Sequence record: KX397373.1
Strand: one strand, 5' to 3'
Length of the DNA stretch: 64,000 nt
Numbering within the stretch: position 1 is the first letter of the stretch; every line of letters begins with the position of its first letter. A model generated the notes under the pieces. It saw only the letters and a list, made by a program, of their open reading frames with translations. It was not told the origin of the DNA and did not search any database. Positions 28,616 to 38,108 of this stretch are shown here, in pieces. The translations under genes and the position numbers were made by a program.

Positions 28616-29008
28616 ATGCGTATTGTATTAGTTGTGTTACTAGCCTTATTTTCGGCGTACGCACCAGCAAAAGCTTTTGTACCTGCGGATATTCAGCAGT
28701 TCAAACCGGCGATTCCTGGTGAGAAACCGATTGTCTTTAAAGCCGACGATGACCCGCAAATCGTTACTCGTAATGAGGAGTGGGTGGTTGTGAATTACGG
28801 TAAATCGGATTTGTGTCCAGCCGGTGGATTCTACTTGGTTAATCTCAAGCGATCTACCTACCAGTTTGTTGATGCGGGAACGTGCTCTGCCCGAACCCGT
28901 GTAGCGATTGAAGTCGCTCCGCACAAAAACAAAAACATCAATATTCAGTTATTGACGTTTTACGTGGGAAATGACATTGCCACGCGATATCCGTTATACG
29001 GTTACTAA
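28616..29008 (+). CDS. Putative secreted/periplasmic protein
   Basis: Sec-like signal peptide MRIVLVVLLALFSAYAPAKA; two Cys in the mature part. Confidence 0.65.
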   Translation: MRIVLVVLLALFSAYAPAKAFVPADIQQFKPAIPGEKPIVFKADDDPQIVTRNEEWVVVNYGKSDLCPAGGFYLVNLKRSTYQFVDAGTCSARTRVAIEVAPHKNKNINIQLLTFYVGNDIATRYPLYGY

Positions 29009-29098
29009 CTCACCTACAGGGGGGCAACCCCCTGGTTCCTTTATTTTATTTGTCCCCGGTTACTATGACATTAAGCCAGCACGAGCGGGAGAACAGGA

Positions 29099-29716
29099 AT
29101 GTCGTTTGTAATAGACTTCTCACATCACCATAGCCAAACCCTCCTCGATCTAGTGAACTTTGTCAACCAGGGAACGGTCTATGTGCCACTTTCAACAGAA
29201 AACATCGCTCTGGAGAATTTGGCTCCGCCGACAAGAGAAGGTCGTTGGTCAGTAAAGCTGACTGACAAAAAGAAACCAAGCGACTATGTGGTCGTGCAGT
29301 ACACCAAAATAAACCTGGACGAGTTTATTACCATTCCGGAGAAACACCTGGGGTGGTTCGATTTATCAAAGGGTAAGCCGAAGGATTTATCGGTTTGGTC
29401 GCAGCCTGCGCTCGAAGCCTTTGAAGCCACTTGTGAAGATTACGGCATGGTCATTGCCAAGTCATGGGAAAACCCTTCACAGTGTCACGTTGAGTACGAT
29501 TCTGTGCTCGACCGGTACGTTCTAATCTACGAATGTGAATCGTTTGTCTACGGCCCCCGTAGTCGCTTTGTGTTGCCGTATAACTTAGGCCAAGACCTGA
29601 CCACGACAACATTAGACGGGTTGAATTATGACCTGGCAGGATTCTGGGGACGGAAGCTCCAGGAACTTGTAACGATTCGTCGCATGGATGGATTTAAATA
29701 CCGTGTGTTTCCATAA
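29099..29716 (+). CDS. Probable virion protein, distant member of the tail paralog family
   Basis: LLDLVNFVN...V.YTKINL...TTLDGLNY pattern shared with the 57.5-64 kb array. Confidence 0.5.
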   Translation: MSFVIDFSHHHSQTLLDLVNFVNQGTVYVPLSTENIALENLAPPTREGRWSVKLTDKKKPSDYVVVQYTKINLDEFITIPEKHLGWFDLSKGKPKDLSVWSQPALEAFEATCEDYGMVIAKSWENPSQCHVEYDSVLDRYVLIYECESFVYGPRSRFVLPYNLGQDLTTTTLDGLNYDLAGFWGRKLQELVTIRRMDGFKYRVFP

Positions 29717-29719
29717 CCC

Positions 29720-29755
29720 ACCCTGCCTTCGGGCAGGGTTTTCCCTTATTTTTTC
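29720..29755 (+). terminator. Intrinsic terminator
   Basis: ACCCTGCC-TTCG-GGCAGGGT followed by a T-rich run. Confidence 0.75.
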
Positions 29756-29786
29756 CAAATGGAACAATGGGTATGGAGGAACGTCT

Positions 29787-30383
29787 ATGAAAGAATACAA
29801 GATTGCGGTGGTTGGGTCGCGTGAGACACCACCGGAAGTAATGCACGAGATGTACATGGTGTTGCTGCGCGGGTTTAACATGCTCATTCGCCGCAATTAC
29901 AAGATTCTTTTTCGCAGCGGCGGGTGCTACAAAGGTCCCGACCAACTGGAGTTCCAATTTGCCCGCCAATGGGACAACACCATTGACCAGGACACAGGAC
30001 GAAAGGCAGAACGTCCTGATCAGTTTGTTTGCTATCTGCCGGATGACAAAAAGCTGTGGTTGAAGAATGTTCACAAAAACGTGGAGTTCCGTGTAATCGA
30101 ACAAACCGAAGCATACCGAGAAATCGTCAGTCGTCACCATCCTGCCCCGGATAAGCTCCAGCCGTTTGCCTGGGGGTTGCATGGTCGTAACCTCAACATT
30201 GTTATGGGCGATAATTTAGACGACCCAGTTGATGCCGTCTATTATTCTGCCGAACACGACAAACACGGCAATCCAAAAGGCGGGACAGCCATGGCCGTGA
30301 AATATGCGAAGGAGTGCGGGGTACCCTGTTTCTTCCACGCAACTGATGCTCGGGCCTGGCTGGAAAGCCTGCGTTTATTATGA
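29787..30383 (+). CDS. SLOG/DprA(Smf)-like Rossmann-fold nucleotide-binding protein
   Basis: IAVVGSR, RSGG..GPD, RN..IV.G and GGTAMAVKYA motifs; GGAGG RBS before 29787. Confidence 0.75.
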   Translation: MKEYKIAVVGSRETPPEVMHEMYMVLLRGFNMLIRRNYKILFRSGGCYKGPDQLEFQFARQWDNTIDQDTGRKAERPDQFVCYLPDDKKLWLKNVHKNVEFRVIEQTEAYREIVSRHHPAPDKLQPFAWGLHGRNLNIVMGDNLDDPVDAVYYSAEHDKHGNPKGGTAMAVKYAKECGVPCFFHATDARAWLESLRLL

Positions 30384-30414
30384 CCCGAGCGCTTTGACTA
30401 CGAGGCCCTCTGTT

Positions 30415-30681
30415 ATGCAAACCACTGGATTAGCCCAACGTTTGTGGGAAGCGTTCTTTCCCCCTACCCAGCCGAAAAGAAAAGTGTCTCTTCGTCGCTG
30501 GCAAGGCACGGAAGAAGAATTCTTCGATTATCTCAACCGTAAAGGGTTCGACGCGAAAGTTGCTCCTGAAGACAACAATCCGTACGTGACCATTTACACA
30601 TCCAAAGAAACCGGCGAGGCCATTGGGACACATGTCCGTTGGCCAGGGCGTAACCACTACTACACCATGACGGTTTCATGA
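30415..30681 (+). CDS. Hypothetical protein
   Basis: Start moved to the ATG at 30415 after GAGG. Confidence 0.6.
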   Translation: MQTTGLAQRLWEAFFPPTQPKRKVSLRRWQGTEEEFFDYLNRKGFDAKVAPEDNNPYVTIYTSKETGEAIGTHVRWPGRNHYYTMTVS

Positions 30682-30691
30682 GGGACAACTC

Positions 30692-31681
30692 ATGTCGCTT
30701 GATTTAGATTACATTACGCTGGAGGAGGACCTGGACAAGGTCCTCGCACTGGAGTCGCGTGGCGTGGGCCTAAACAACCCCGCCATTCAGTCGATTCGCA
30801 AACGTTGGTGTGTGGATACCCAGGTGGCTCGCGAGTCGCGTGAACGTACCCAGACCACCTCCTCAACGCTGTATCAGATGTACCATGAAGTCGTTGGGCT
30901 TTTCAGCAACCGTTATCACGATGCTGTGCGGGTGATGACCAAGAACGCTGAGAAGATTGACGAGCATGTCGCCAAGATGGAAGGTTGGATGAAGCGTACG
31001 TCGCATTTCACCGCCAAAGAAGTTCCATCCGCAGGGTGGTGCGCCCGTGTCTGTTACGAAGACGTACCGGACATCAAAGAGTGCATCAAACTGGCTAACT
31101 CCGCGAACGGGTTAGAAGCTGCTGTGAAGCAGTACACTATCGTCACCAGTCAGATGGTGCTCGACCCCGGTAAAATCAAACGCAAAGTAGAAGACGGTGA
31201 GCTGAAAGTCATCGGTTATTCTACCGCCGCAGCGGTACACCGTGCTTCGGGTATCCTCGGTCGCTTTGGTGAGGAAGACGTGCAGGCTCGCCCAATGGCC
31301 GGGAATGTCTACGTCGTCACTTATGGGTCAGGCGATAAAGCCAAGCTGGACTTTGGGGTAGGGAATGGCGGTAACTACCGCGATACCATTGCTGCCTTAA
31401 CGGAAAGCGAATGTCGTCAGGCACTGGCCGCAGCGAAGAAGATTGCCAAGGCACTGCGTGACCGTGGGGCGAAAAACGGTATCTTTGGGTACAGCGGGAT
31501 TTACGAGGAAGTTGAGAAGATGAAAGCTCAGCTGAAAGACATGCACGGTGATGAACTGCGCGTGGCGACTCGCCGCTACAAGAACGCCTTGAAACTCGAA
31601 GATGCGTTCACTACCGCACTTGACCGTGTGGCCGATGGCCTCATCAGTTGGGTCGGTGCAACGTTGAAAGCCAACCAATAA
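30692..31681 (+). CDS. Putative internal head (ejection) protein with AxE-cleaved propeptide
   Basis: ALE-S (residues 19-21) and ARE-S (46-48); paralog of the next gene. Confidence 0.65.
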   Translation: MSLDLDYITLEEDLDKVLALESRGVGLNNPAIQSIRKRWCVDTQVARESRERTQTTSSTLYQMYHEVVGLFSNRYHDAVRVMTKNAEKIDEHVAKMEGWMKRTSHFTAKEVPSAGWCARVCYEDVPDIKECIKLANSANGLEAAVKQYTIVTSQMVLDPGKIKRKVEDGELKVIGYSTAAAVHRASGILGRFGEEDVQARPMAGNVYVVTYGSGDKAKLDFGVGNGGNYRDTIAALTESECRQALAAAKKIAKALRDRGAKNGIFGYSGIYEEVEKMKAQLKDMHGDELRVATRRYKNALKLEDAFTTALDRVADGLISWVGATLKANQ

Positions 31682-31693
31682 CAGGAGCCGGAA

Positions 31694-32845
31694 ATGTCGA
31701 CGCTCGAATTGGATTTTGCAGTGCTCACCGATGACTGGGAGCGCTTGGTGGCGTTAGAGTCAATCGGTGTCGGGCTCGACAACCCGGCGGTACAAGCGAT
31801 TTGTCGTCGTTGGTGTATCACTGACGAAGAGTTACTCGTGGCCCGTGAATCGCGCGAGATGATGGAACGTGCTCAGGTGGTATCGGATACCGCCGCCAAT
31901 CCCCGGCTGATTGAGAAGGTGATTATTGGTGGAGCACACCAGGCCGGTCGATTAGCCGAGAAGGGTATCCGTAAAGGTGCCAAAGCCGGTGCCCGTGGCG
32001 TGGCAAAAGTGTCAAAGAACCTGTTGTCGCGTTTTAATGCTTTCGCAGAAGATTTAGCGAAAGAACAAATCGAGTACATGAAGCACGCTGTTTCCAAAGC
32101 CACAAAGCTTGAGAAAGGAATGCAGCATCTGGCACTTGATTTAAAAGAACACAAATCCCTCGATATCCACCCGATTGAAACCGGTCGCTGGACATCGAAG
32201 GTGTGTATCGAAGATAAGGTTGATGTGCACGGGTGTATCAGCTTTATCAGCCGTGGCAGCTCGTTAGAAGGGGCGGTACAAGAGTACGTGGTGAAAACCC
32301 GCGGCATTCTTGAATCGAAGAAAGTCACTGAGACCGGCAGCCTCGATAAGTTCGGGCGTTCCACGAACTGGGCGATTAAACGCTCTGCTGGGATTATGGG
32401 AATTGTCAACCCCTTCAAGAAAGTCTCTGCTCGACCGCTGGCGGGTAACGTCGTATTGGTTGAACACCACAACGGCGCGATTCAATACGCCGTGGCCAAC
32501 GACGGCGATTACGCTGACCACATCCCGTCCTTGTCTCATGCGGACTGTGAAGCGGCACTGAAAGCGGTACATCAAATTGTGGGTCTGCTGCGTGAGCGCG
32601 GTGTGAAACGCAAAGCGGTGGGCTACACCGGCATCAGTGAAGAAGTCAATCACATGCGGCGTGAACTGAAAGGTGCCGAAGGCAAAGACATGATTGCGCT
32701 AACCAAGGCGTACAAGTCGGCAATGGCGCTGGAAGACTCCTTTACCACGGCATTAGTGCGGGTAGGCGAAGGGCTTTTGGAATACGTAAAACGTTCGCTA
32801 AAAGGGCAAGGCAGCAATGAAAGTCATTCTGATAACAAAGCCTGA
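31694..32845 (+). CDS. Putative internal head (ejection) protein, paralog of 30692-31681
   Basis: ALE-S (20-22) and ARE-S (50-52); shares W...VC, RP(M/L)AGNV and YK.A..LED.FTTAL.RV motifs with the previous gene. Confidence 0.65.
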   Translation: MSTLELDFAVLTDDWERLVALESIGVGLDNPAVQAICRRWCITDEELLVARESREMMERAQVVSDTAANPRLIEKVIIGGAHQAGRLAEKGIRKGAKAGARGVAKVSKNLLSRFNAFAEDLAKEQIEYMKHAVSKATKLEKGMQHLALDLKEHKSLDIHPIETGRWTSKVCIEDKVDVHGCISFISRGSSLEGAVQEYVVKTRGILESKKVTETGSLDKFGRSTNWAIKRSAGIMGIVNPFKKVSARPLAGNVVLVEHHNGAIQYAVANDGDYADHIPSLSHADCEAALKAVHQIVGLLRERGVKRKAVGYTGISEEVNHMRRELKGAEGKDMIALTKAYKSAMALEDSFTTALVRVGEGLLEYVKRSLKGQGSNESHSDNKA

Positions 32846-33281
32846 TAGCAAATACGGGAAGCTTTATAGCGAAGGACTACTGGGACTACACAATGAACTC
32901 TACGACGACCAGCACGAAAAGCTCGACCAACTCAACGGCCGTCAGGGCTTTTCTCGCATTAGCGAACTCGACGAGGTTTGGGGTGTGGGGACTCTATGCG
33001 CGTGCGCTGTTGATGACCGCGATAGTCCTGTGGGCTTCATTACGTTTTCATACACCAAGCAGGGCAATCGTTTTCTCTGGGTGCACAACTTCTTTGTACA
33101 AGAAGCCTACCGCTCCGAAGGCGTTGGCCAAACCCTGATAGATACCGTAAAGGATTACGGTAAGTCGAAAGGCTGCAAATGGATGCAACTCACTGTGCTG
33201 GACAATAACTCCCGCGCAATTGCGTTCTACGAACGTTACGGTTTCCGTACTGAATACCAGGACATGGTAAAGGAGTTGTAA
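32817..33281 (+). CDS. GNAT acetyltransferase
   Basis: FFVQEAYRSEGVGQTLI and LTVLDNNSRAIAFYERYGF motifs. Confidence 0.9.
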   Translation: MKVILITKPDSKYGKLYSEGLLGLHNELYDDQHEKLDQLNGRQGFSRISELDEVWGVGTLCACAVDDRDSPVGFITFSYTKQGNRFLWVHNFFVQEAYRSEGVGQTLIDTVKDYGKSKGCKWMQLTVLDNNSRAIAFYERYGFRTEYQDMVKEL

Positions 33282-33890
33282 ATGACTTCCATTCGCAGCG
33301 TGCCACATCAACCTGGCTCGCGCTTTACATTTGCTGTAAAACGTTTCTGGGGCGGCCAACGCCCTGGCTGGAAAGTGGTACGTGTGGCGGGTGTGTTTTG
33401 GTCACTGCCTCCAGGCACACTCGATTACTTGTCGGTGGATGAGATAATGCAGTTTGCGGCGTTAGCCGATAGCAAACAACGTTACTCGTTCAACAGTGTG
33501 GTCGAGTGTTCCTCTCAGGGTAAAACCCGTGACGCGTGTAAACCCGGCATTTACTGGACAGGACAGAAAGCCTTCCAGGTCGGTATGTGTCAAGACCGTT
33601 GCATCAGCACACCGTTCCAGTGGGTTGACGGTGACGTAACGTTCACCGGTATCTACGTGAGTTTCCCGGATGCCCCTGAACGTGACTATTATCTGGCCAC
33701 GCCGAAAGATGTGAGCATGGCCACCTTTTATAAATATCTCCTGTTCTACAAGCAACACATTGGCATCCACCCAGTGCAGGAGGATTGGTATTATCGCAAC
33801 CCTCTGCCGTATGGCCGGGACAGGAGATTAAATAGATGTTCTATGATGAACTTCGAAAGTACACCCACGCAATTAGCGCTGGAAATATAA
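33282..33890 (+). CDS. Hypothetical protein
   Basis: 202 aa, AAGGAG RBS. Confidence 0.7.
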   Translation: MTSIRSVPHQPGSRFTFAVKRFWGGQRPGWKVVRVAGVFWSLPPGTLDYLSVDEIMQFAALADSKQRYSFNSVVECSSQGKTRDACKPGIYWTGQKAFQVGMCQDRCISTPFQWVDGDVTFTGIYVSFPDAPERDYYLATPKDVSMATFYKYLLFYKQHIGIHPVQEDWYYRNPLPYGRDRRLNRCSMMNFESTPTQLALEI

Positions 33891-34207
33891 GCAAAGATAA
33901 CAATTTACAAGACGTGGTGGATGTGGTTGGGCGTTCCGACGATGTATTGTATGTGGATGTCGATGAAGCCTTTGTCGCGGAAGGGGTGAAACGTGTGCAG
34001 TTAACTGTACGGGCCAAAGCAGGTAGCTGTTCTCTCTCCTTTCGCGTCAGTGCCGAATTCTTTATTCCTTTGCGTTGTTACTTTAGTCACGATGGCGATG
34101 TGTATCCTGCTCGCTGGAATGACAATTATCAAAAATTTGGCTACCCACTCGAAGAACACCGGCGTACGGTGTATGACTTTATGAAGTCTGTCATCGAGGG
34201 GTTCTAA
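33836..34207 (+). CDS. Hypothetical protein
   Basis: 123 aa; AGGAG RBS; 55-nt overlap with the upstream gene. Confidence 0.6.
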   Translation: MFYDELRKYTHAISAGNISKDNNLQDVVDVVGRSDDVLYVDVDEAFVAEGVKRVQLTVRAKAGSCSLSFRVSAEFFIPLRCYFSHDGDVYPARWNDNYQKFGYPLEEHRRTVYDFMKSVIEGF

Positions 34208-34218
34208 TGGGGTAAACT

Positions 34219-34821
34219 GTGATGTCTGAGATGATTCTCGATTCGCTGTTTTTGGTGACGATTACCCACATCAACAAAAACGGCAAGCCGCCGCGGAACG
34301 TGTTTATCGAACGTCATGGGTTTATACGCCGTTATCACCTGCAAGCGGTGTTAGTTATTGCGTGTAAAGTGGCGCAGATGAAACGACCGTCGGTGGCCTG
34401 TAGTACCAATCACATTCTGATGATTCTGCAACGGGCTATCTCCGTTATCCGTCGTAAACGTCGTCGTGCTTCTTTTCGTTTTTATCCGAACTCGACCAAC
34501 AAAGTGGTAGGTGGGGATATGAGTAAAGTGGTTGACTTGCGTGAAGCGTCGTGCAACGTACGGGGTTTAGCATTAAACCGTCTGCTGGGTGTCATTAACG
34601 AAACCGGACGTGAACCAACACCGCCAGAAGGACAAGCGGCATTGGAACTGCTGCGTAATGCAGAACTGGTTATCGTGGATACCGATTTGCAATCCGCCCG
34701 GATGCAAAACTACCTGGCGCGCCAAGTGCTGTTAACCTTGTGTGTGACCAGCGAGCAAGCGTCAGAGCTGACCTTGCCAGAGGTTCCTGTGTGGGGCGAC
34801 CCACAAGTGGATCATCAGTAA
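34219..34821 (+). CDS. Hypothetical protein
   Basis: 200 aa, followed by a terminator-like hairpin. Confidence 0.6.
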   Translation: MMSEMILDSLFLVTITHINKNGKPPRNVFIERHGFIRRYHLQAVLVIACKVAQMKRPSVACSTNHILMILQRAISVIRRKRRRASFRFYPNSTNKVVGGDMSKVVDLREASCNVRGLALNRLLGVINETGREPTPPEGQAALELLRNAELVIVDTDLQSARMQNYLARQVLLTLCVTSEQASELTLPEVPVWGDPQVDHQ

Positions 34822-34827
34822 GCAGTA

Positions 34828-34864
34828 CCCCTCACTTCGGTGAGGGGCTACTCTATTATTTTTT
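34828..34864 (+). terminator. Terminator-like hairpin
   Basis: CCCCTCAC-TTCG-GTGAGGGG with a T run some nt downstream. Confidence 0.65.
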
Positions 34865-34884
34865 GGATAGATTTCATCTAAGCG
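34865..34884 (+). promoter_or_regulatory. Putative early promoter (variant)
   Basis: GGATAGATTTCATCTAAGCG. Confidence 0.55.
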
Positions 34885-34902
34885 AACCTAACCTAAAGGA
34901 GT

Positions 34903-35607
34903 ATGAACTTGGACACGCTTATGAAAAACTTCGGGGCACGTAACATCAGCGAAGTGATGAAACATCCCAGCTACAAATTCGTCAGCCAACACGGTGACAA
35001 AGGTGCAACACTGGCGTTGTACTATTTCCGCATTATCGACACCCCAGAGAGAATGCAAGGCTTCTTCGTCGATGTGAAAAGCGGGGCGATTCTGTTTCCG
35101 ATGGGTTATCAACCGCAGTACAAAGTTGACGACCCGTATGTCTACGAAGACATCCTTTGTGAAACCTCGCGTTACTACATCGAACATTGCCGGTTGGATG
35201 AAGATATACTCGAGGCGCTAACGCAGGGCGACCGACACAAACTGGCGAAGTTGGAACCTACGCTGTATGCGTTATACGACCTGGCCAACCGCGTCTACAG
35301 CAAAGCATTCAGTGTACAGATGCGTGCCATGAAGTATAAGGAAGTGTTGCAGTTTGAACGCATCCCGATGGCGATACTTGGCAGGCAACGGCATGTGTGG
35401 GTTGAACGTGAAATCCGTTTCTACTCCCGCCGTAAACAAATCATCTACCGAATTGAATTAGGTGGCACCAAGGCACACCCGCAAACCATTCAGCTGGTAC
35501 GCAAATTCACACTGGAGCGCATCCCAACCCTGACAGAGTTCGTGATGCTGCCTGAGAACCTTCCTTTTATGGAACTCTATTACGCGCGCGATAATAGCGA
35601 GGAGTGA
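34903..35607 (+). CDS. Hypothetical early protein
   Basis: 234 aa, CCTAAAGGAG RBS. Confidence 0.8.
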   Translation: MNLDTLMKNFGARNISEVMKHPSYKFVSQHGDKGATLALYYFRIIDTPERMQGFFVDVKSGAILFPMGYQPQYKVDDPYVYEDILCETSRYYIEHCRLDEDILEALTQGDRHKLAKLEPTLYALYDLANRVYSKAFSVQMRAMKYKEVLQFERIPMAILGRQRHVWVEREIRFYSRRKQIIYRIELGGTKAHPQTIQLVRKFTLERIPTLTEFVMLPENLPFMELYYARDNSEE

Positions 35608-35695
35608 TTTTTTACGTCAGTACCAGTGTATATGCAATACCCGTAGTGAGTCGGGCAAAACTCACCAAACCTTAACTTATATAGAGAGACACATC

Positions 35696-36448
35696 ATGTT
35701 AGAAGCCAATGTATTGTTTTCCAAAGACGGCAAGAAAACCATCAGCCTTGTTGAGTCCAAATTGAAATCCCGCAATCCCGATTTTAAGCATTATAATATC
35801 GCGATTACGGATTTAGAGACAAACGAGACGTGGCCATTTGCTACTCACTTTCAGACGAACTCAACAATCTCTGATGAGGAAAACAAAGCGCGTGCTGTAC
35901 AAGCTTACATGAATGAACTGGGCATCTTGTTCTTTAAACTGATCGCCCGAAAAGATGAAGCCCGTGAAGCATATATCGCCGATGACTGGGAAAAGCTGGC
36001 TGAACTTTGCCCACGCTATATCATCACCAAGGACTTCCTGGAACCGCTTTCCCTGCACCTGCTGGGTACCCCGTGGGTGCATCCGCCTGTGTCACATTCA
36101 CGGAAAGCCACACTGAACTTCCGTGCTAATCACAAAGGGGTGTTGTTGGTGGCAACCTGTAAGCTAGGTTGGAGTCATCGGGCAATCTGTTCTGACCAGG
36201 TTACGGTGACGTACGATTTCAGTTTGCAAAGCGGCACCGTGAATGATTTTCGCGATGTCGGGTATCTCCAACTTCGTCACCATTACCAAAACGGTAACTG
36301 GCCAACCCTTAAGCAGTTTATGACCGAGTCACGCGTAGAACGTGTGATTGATGCCTGGCTATTGTCGTACAAGAATTTTCCGGCAAGCGGCTCGTCCGTA
36401 CAAATGACGCCTGTCCCTATTTCCACCCTTGATAATAACGAGAAGTAA
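35696..36448 (+). CDS. Hypothetical protein
   Basis: 250 aa, followed by a terminator. Confidence 0.75.
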   Translation: MLEANVLFSKDGKKTISLVESKLKSRNPDFKHYNIAITDLETNETWPFATHFQTNSTISDEENKARAVQAYMNELGILFFKLIARKDEAREAYIADDWEKLAELCPRYIITKDFLEPLSLHLLGTPWVHPPVSHSRKATLNFRANHKGVLLVATCKLGWSHRAICSDQVTVTYDFSLQSGTVNDFRDVGYLQLRHHYQNGNWPTLKQFMTESRVERVIDAWLLSYKNFPASGSSVQMTPVPISTLDNNEK

Positions 36449-36469
36449 GCAGTACCATTCTTCCCGCCC

Positions 36470-36500
36470 AGGAGACCTTCGGGTCTCCTTCTTTTTTTTT
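36470..36500 (+). terminator. Intrinsic terminator
   Basis: AGGAGACC-TTCG-GGTCTCCT followed by a T tract. Confidence 0.85.
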
Positions 36501-36555
36501 ATACGCCCCGCCCTAATAGTGTGAACAGCAACAATAATTAACTCGGGGATTTATC

Positions 36556-37179
36556 ATGTTAAGATCGGTGTCTATCGACGCTCCAGATTTCGCGGGCAAA
36601 GACACATTGTCAAACCTTGTCGTTGGGATGTTACGTGCAGCGGGCATTAACGCTGTCATGATTAACCACCCTACCAACGTGACTGAGCCAGGCATTCGTG
36701 CCCGTAACTTGGTCGGGCAAAGTGCGGCAAAACAAAAAATTGCAGAAGCCATGTGTGAAGACTTCCACATCACCATGGATGTAAAGGTGCCGATGTACGA
36801 CGTGGTCATCTTTAACCGCTTCTGTATCTCCACGATCGCCTACCAGGGTGTCGACGGTAAAGGCGAGGTGTTCCGCTCAAAGGTCGCTGACCATCCCAAT
36901 GCCCCACAGCTGTATGTGGCCATTGATGTTGATTACGACACTGCGATGGCGCGCTACAAAAAGCGTTTAGCAGAACAAGGCAAGAACTGGGATGACGAAG
37001 TCTTGACCATGCGCTATTTGCAGGACGAGCGTTCGTGGAACGGTTTGCGTGACGCCTATCGTTTTGCGCACCAGATTATCACTGAGGGCGGGGACAAGTT
37101 CCCGTTGGTTAATGTGGTCTCGGATGACAATATCGCATTAACTGCCAGCCAGATTGTACAACGCATTCTGGAAGGTTAA
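36556..37179 (+). CDS. tmk: Thymidylate (dTMP) kinase
   Basis: P-loop DAPDFAGKDT; F(N)RF.ISTIAYQG corresponds to the TMK DR...S..AYQG motif; A..R lid region. Confidence 0.85.
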   Translation: MLRSVSIDAPDFAGKDTLSNLVVGMLRAAGINAVMINHPTNVTEPGIRARNLVGQSAAKQKIAEAMCEDFHITMDVKVPMYDVVIFNRFCISTIAYQGVDGKGEVFRSKVADHPNAPQLYVAIDVDYDTAMARYKKRLAEQGKNWDDEVLTMRYLQDERSWNGLRDAYRFAHQIITEGGDKFPLVNVVSDDNIALTASQIVQRILEG

Positions 37180-37182
37180 TGT

Positions 37183-37220
37183 AACCCCCTCTTGCCTACG
37201 GGTAGGAGGGGTTTTATTTT
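37183..37220 (+). terminator. Intrinsic terminator
   Basis: AACCCCCTCTTGCC-TACG-GGTAGGAGGGGTT followed by a T tract. Confidence 0.8.
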
Positions 37221-37230
37221 AAATTATCTT

Positions 37231-37250
37231 AGATATATTTTACCTAGGTG
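37231..37250 (+). promoter_or_regulatory. Putative early promoter with leader hairpin and TCGACTATT box
   Basis: AGATATATTTTACCTAGGTG, then an AGAGTT/AACTCT hairpin, then TCGACTATT at 37274. Confidence 0.75.
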
Positions 37251-37301
37251 AGAGTTGTACATTGAACTCTTATTCGACTATTAATCTAAAGGAGTATTAC
37301 C

Positions 37302-37673
37302 ATGGCCCGTTTTAAACACGAATCAATGCACATTGTAAAAATGAAATTCCTGGTACGTTTGTCTTTCATTATCAAACGTATTACCGAAGTAGACATCACC
37401 CAGAAAGAGCTGGCTGAATTCATCGGCTGCTCCGCTTCCCAAATTTCCGCCGTGAAGAATGAGCGTGAACGCGCCGTCACGGTTGAGACGCTGATGCGTA
37501 TCGCGGATGCCCTCAAGCTGACGTACAGTATTGAGCTGCGTTCCTTTAACGGTAAAGTGACCGAAGCCTTCCGACTGGAATCGGCGGTAGACTACATGAA
37601 AGAGAATCCTATCCGTGTACTGGAAACCGGTATCCGCATTCTCGCTCGTCGTCACGATGTTGTCACGCACTAA
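37302..37673 (+). CDS. XRE/Cro-like helix-turn-helix regulator
   Basis: ITQKELAEFIGCSASQISAVKNE....TVETLMRIADAL. Confidence 0.85.
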   Translation: MARFKHESMHIVKMKFLVRLSFIIKRITEVDITQKELAEFIGCSASQISAVKNERERAVTVETLMRIADALKLTYSIELRSFNGKVTEAFRLESAVDYMKENPIRVLETGIRILARRHDVVTH

Positions 37674-37682
37674 GGAGGCGGT

Positions 37683-38063
37683 ATGAACTGGCATGTCCAC
37701 GGCATCACCGCCAAGGTGATGAAAGAAGACCATGACCGTTGTAAGCATTTGAAGGTCGGGCAAATGGCGACACGTTACACCGCAGAGTGTGACTTGTTCG
37801 GACGCGAAACGTACTACGTGTGCGAGCCGTGCTATGTGAAGTTGCAGGAGGAATTGAAACAGGAAGAGGTGACATGCTCGGACTGTGGTGGAAATTTCCC
37901 CCGCAAACAAACGACGATGTGGAAGTGGTACGATTTCGACCACTTGCAAGGCGATGAAGCATTGTGCATCTGTGACAATTGCTCGTCCCTGCCCCGCCAT
38001 CAGAATCGGGTCGAACAAGACAAGCGTAACTACGAGGAAGAGTTCCCCGAAGTTGCCGAATAA
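37683..38063 (+). CDS. Cys-rich putative zinc-binding protein
   Basis: CKH, CEPC, CSDC and CDNC motifs; AAGGAGG RBS. Confidence 0.7.
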   Translation: MNWHVHGITAKVMKEDHDRCKHLKVGQMATRYTAECDLFGRETYYVCEPCYVKLQEELKQEEVTCSDCGGNFPRKQTTMWKWYDFDHLQGDEALCICDNCSSLPRHQNRVEQDKRNYEEEFPEVAE

Positions 38064-38069
38064 GAAACT

Positions 38070-38095
38070 GGGAGCTTAGGCTCCCTTTCTTTTTT
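38070..38095 (+). terminator. Intrinsic terminator
   Basis: GGGAGC-TTAG-GCTCCC followed by a T tract. Confidence 0.75.
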
Positions 38096-38108
38096 GTCTT
38101 TTTACACG

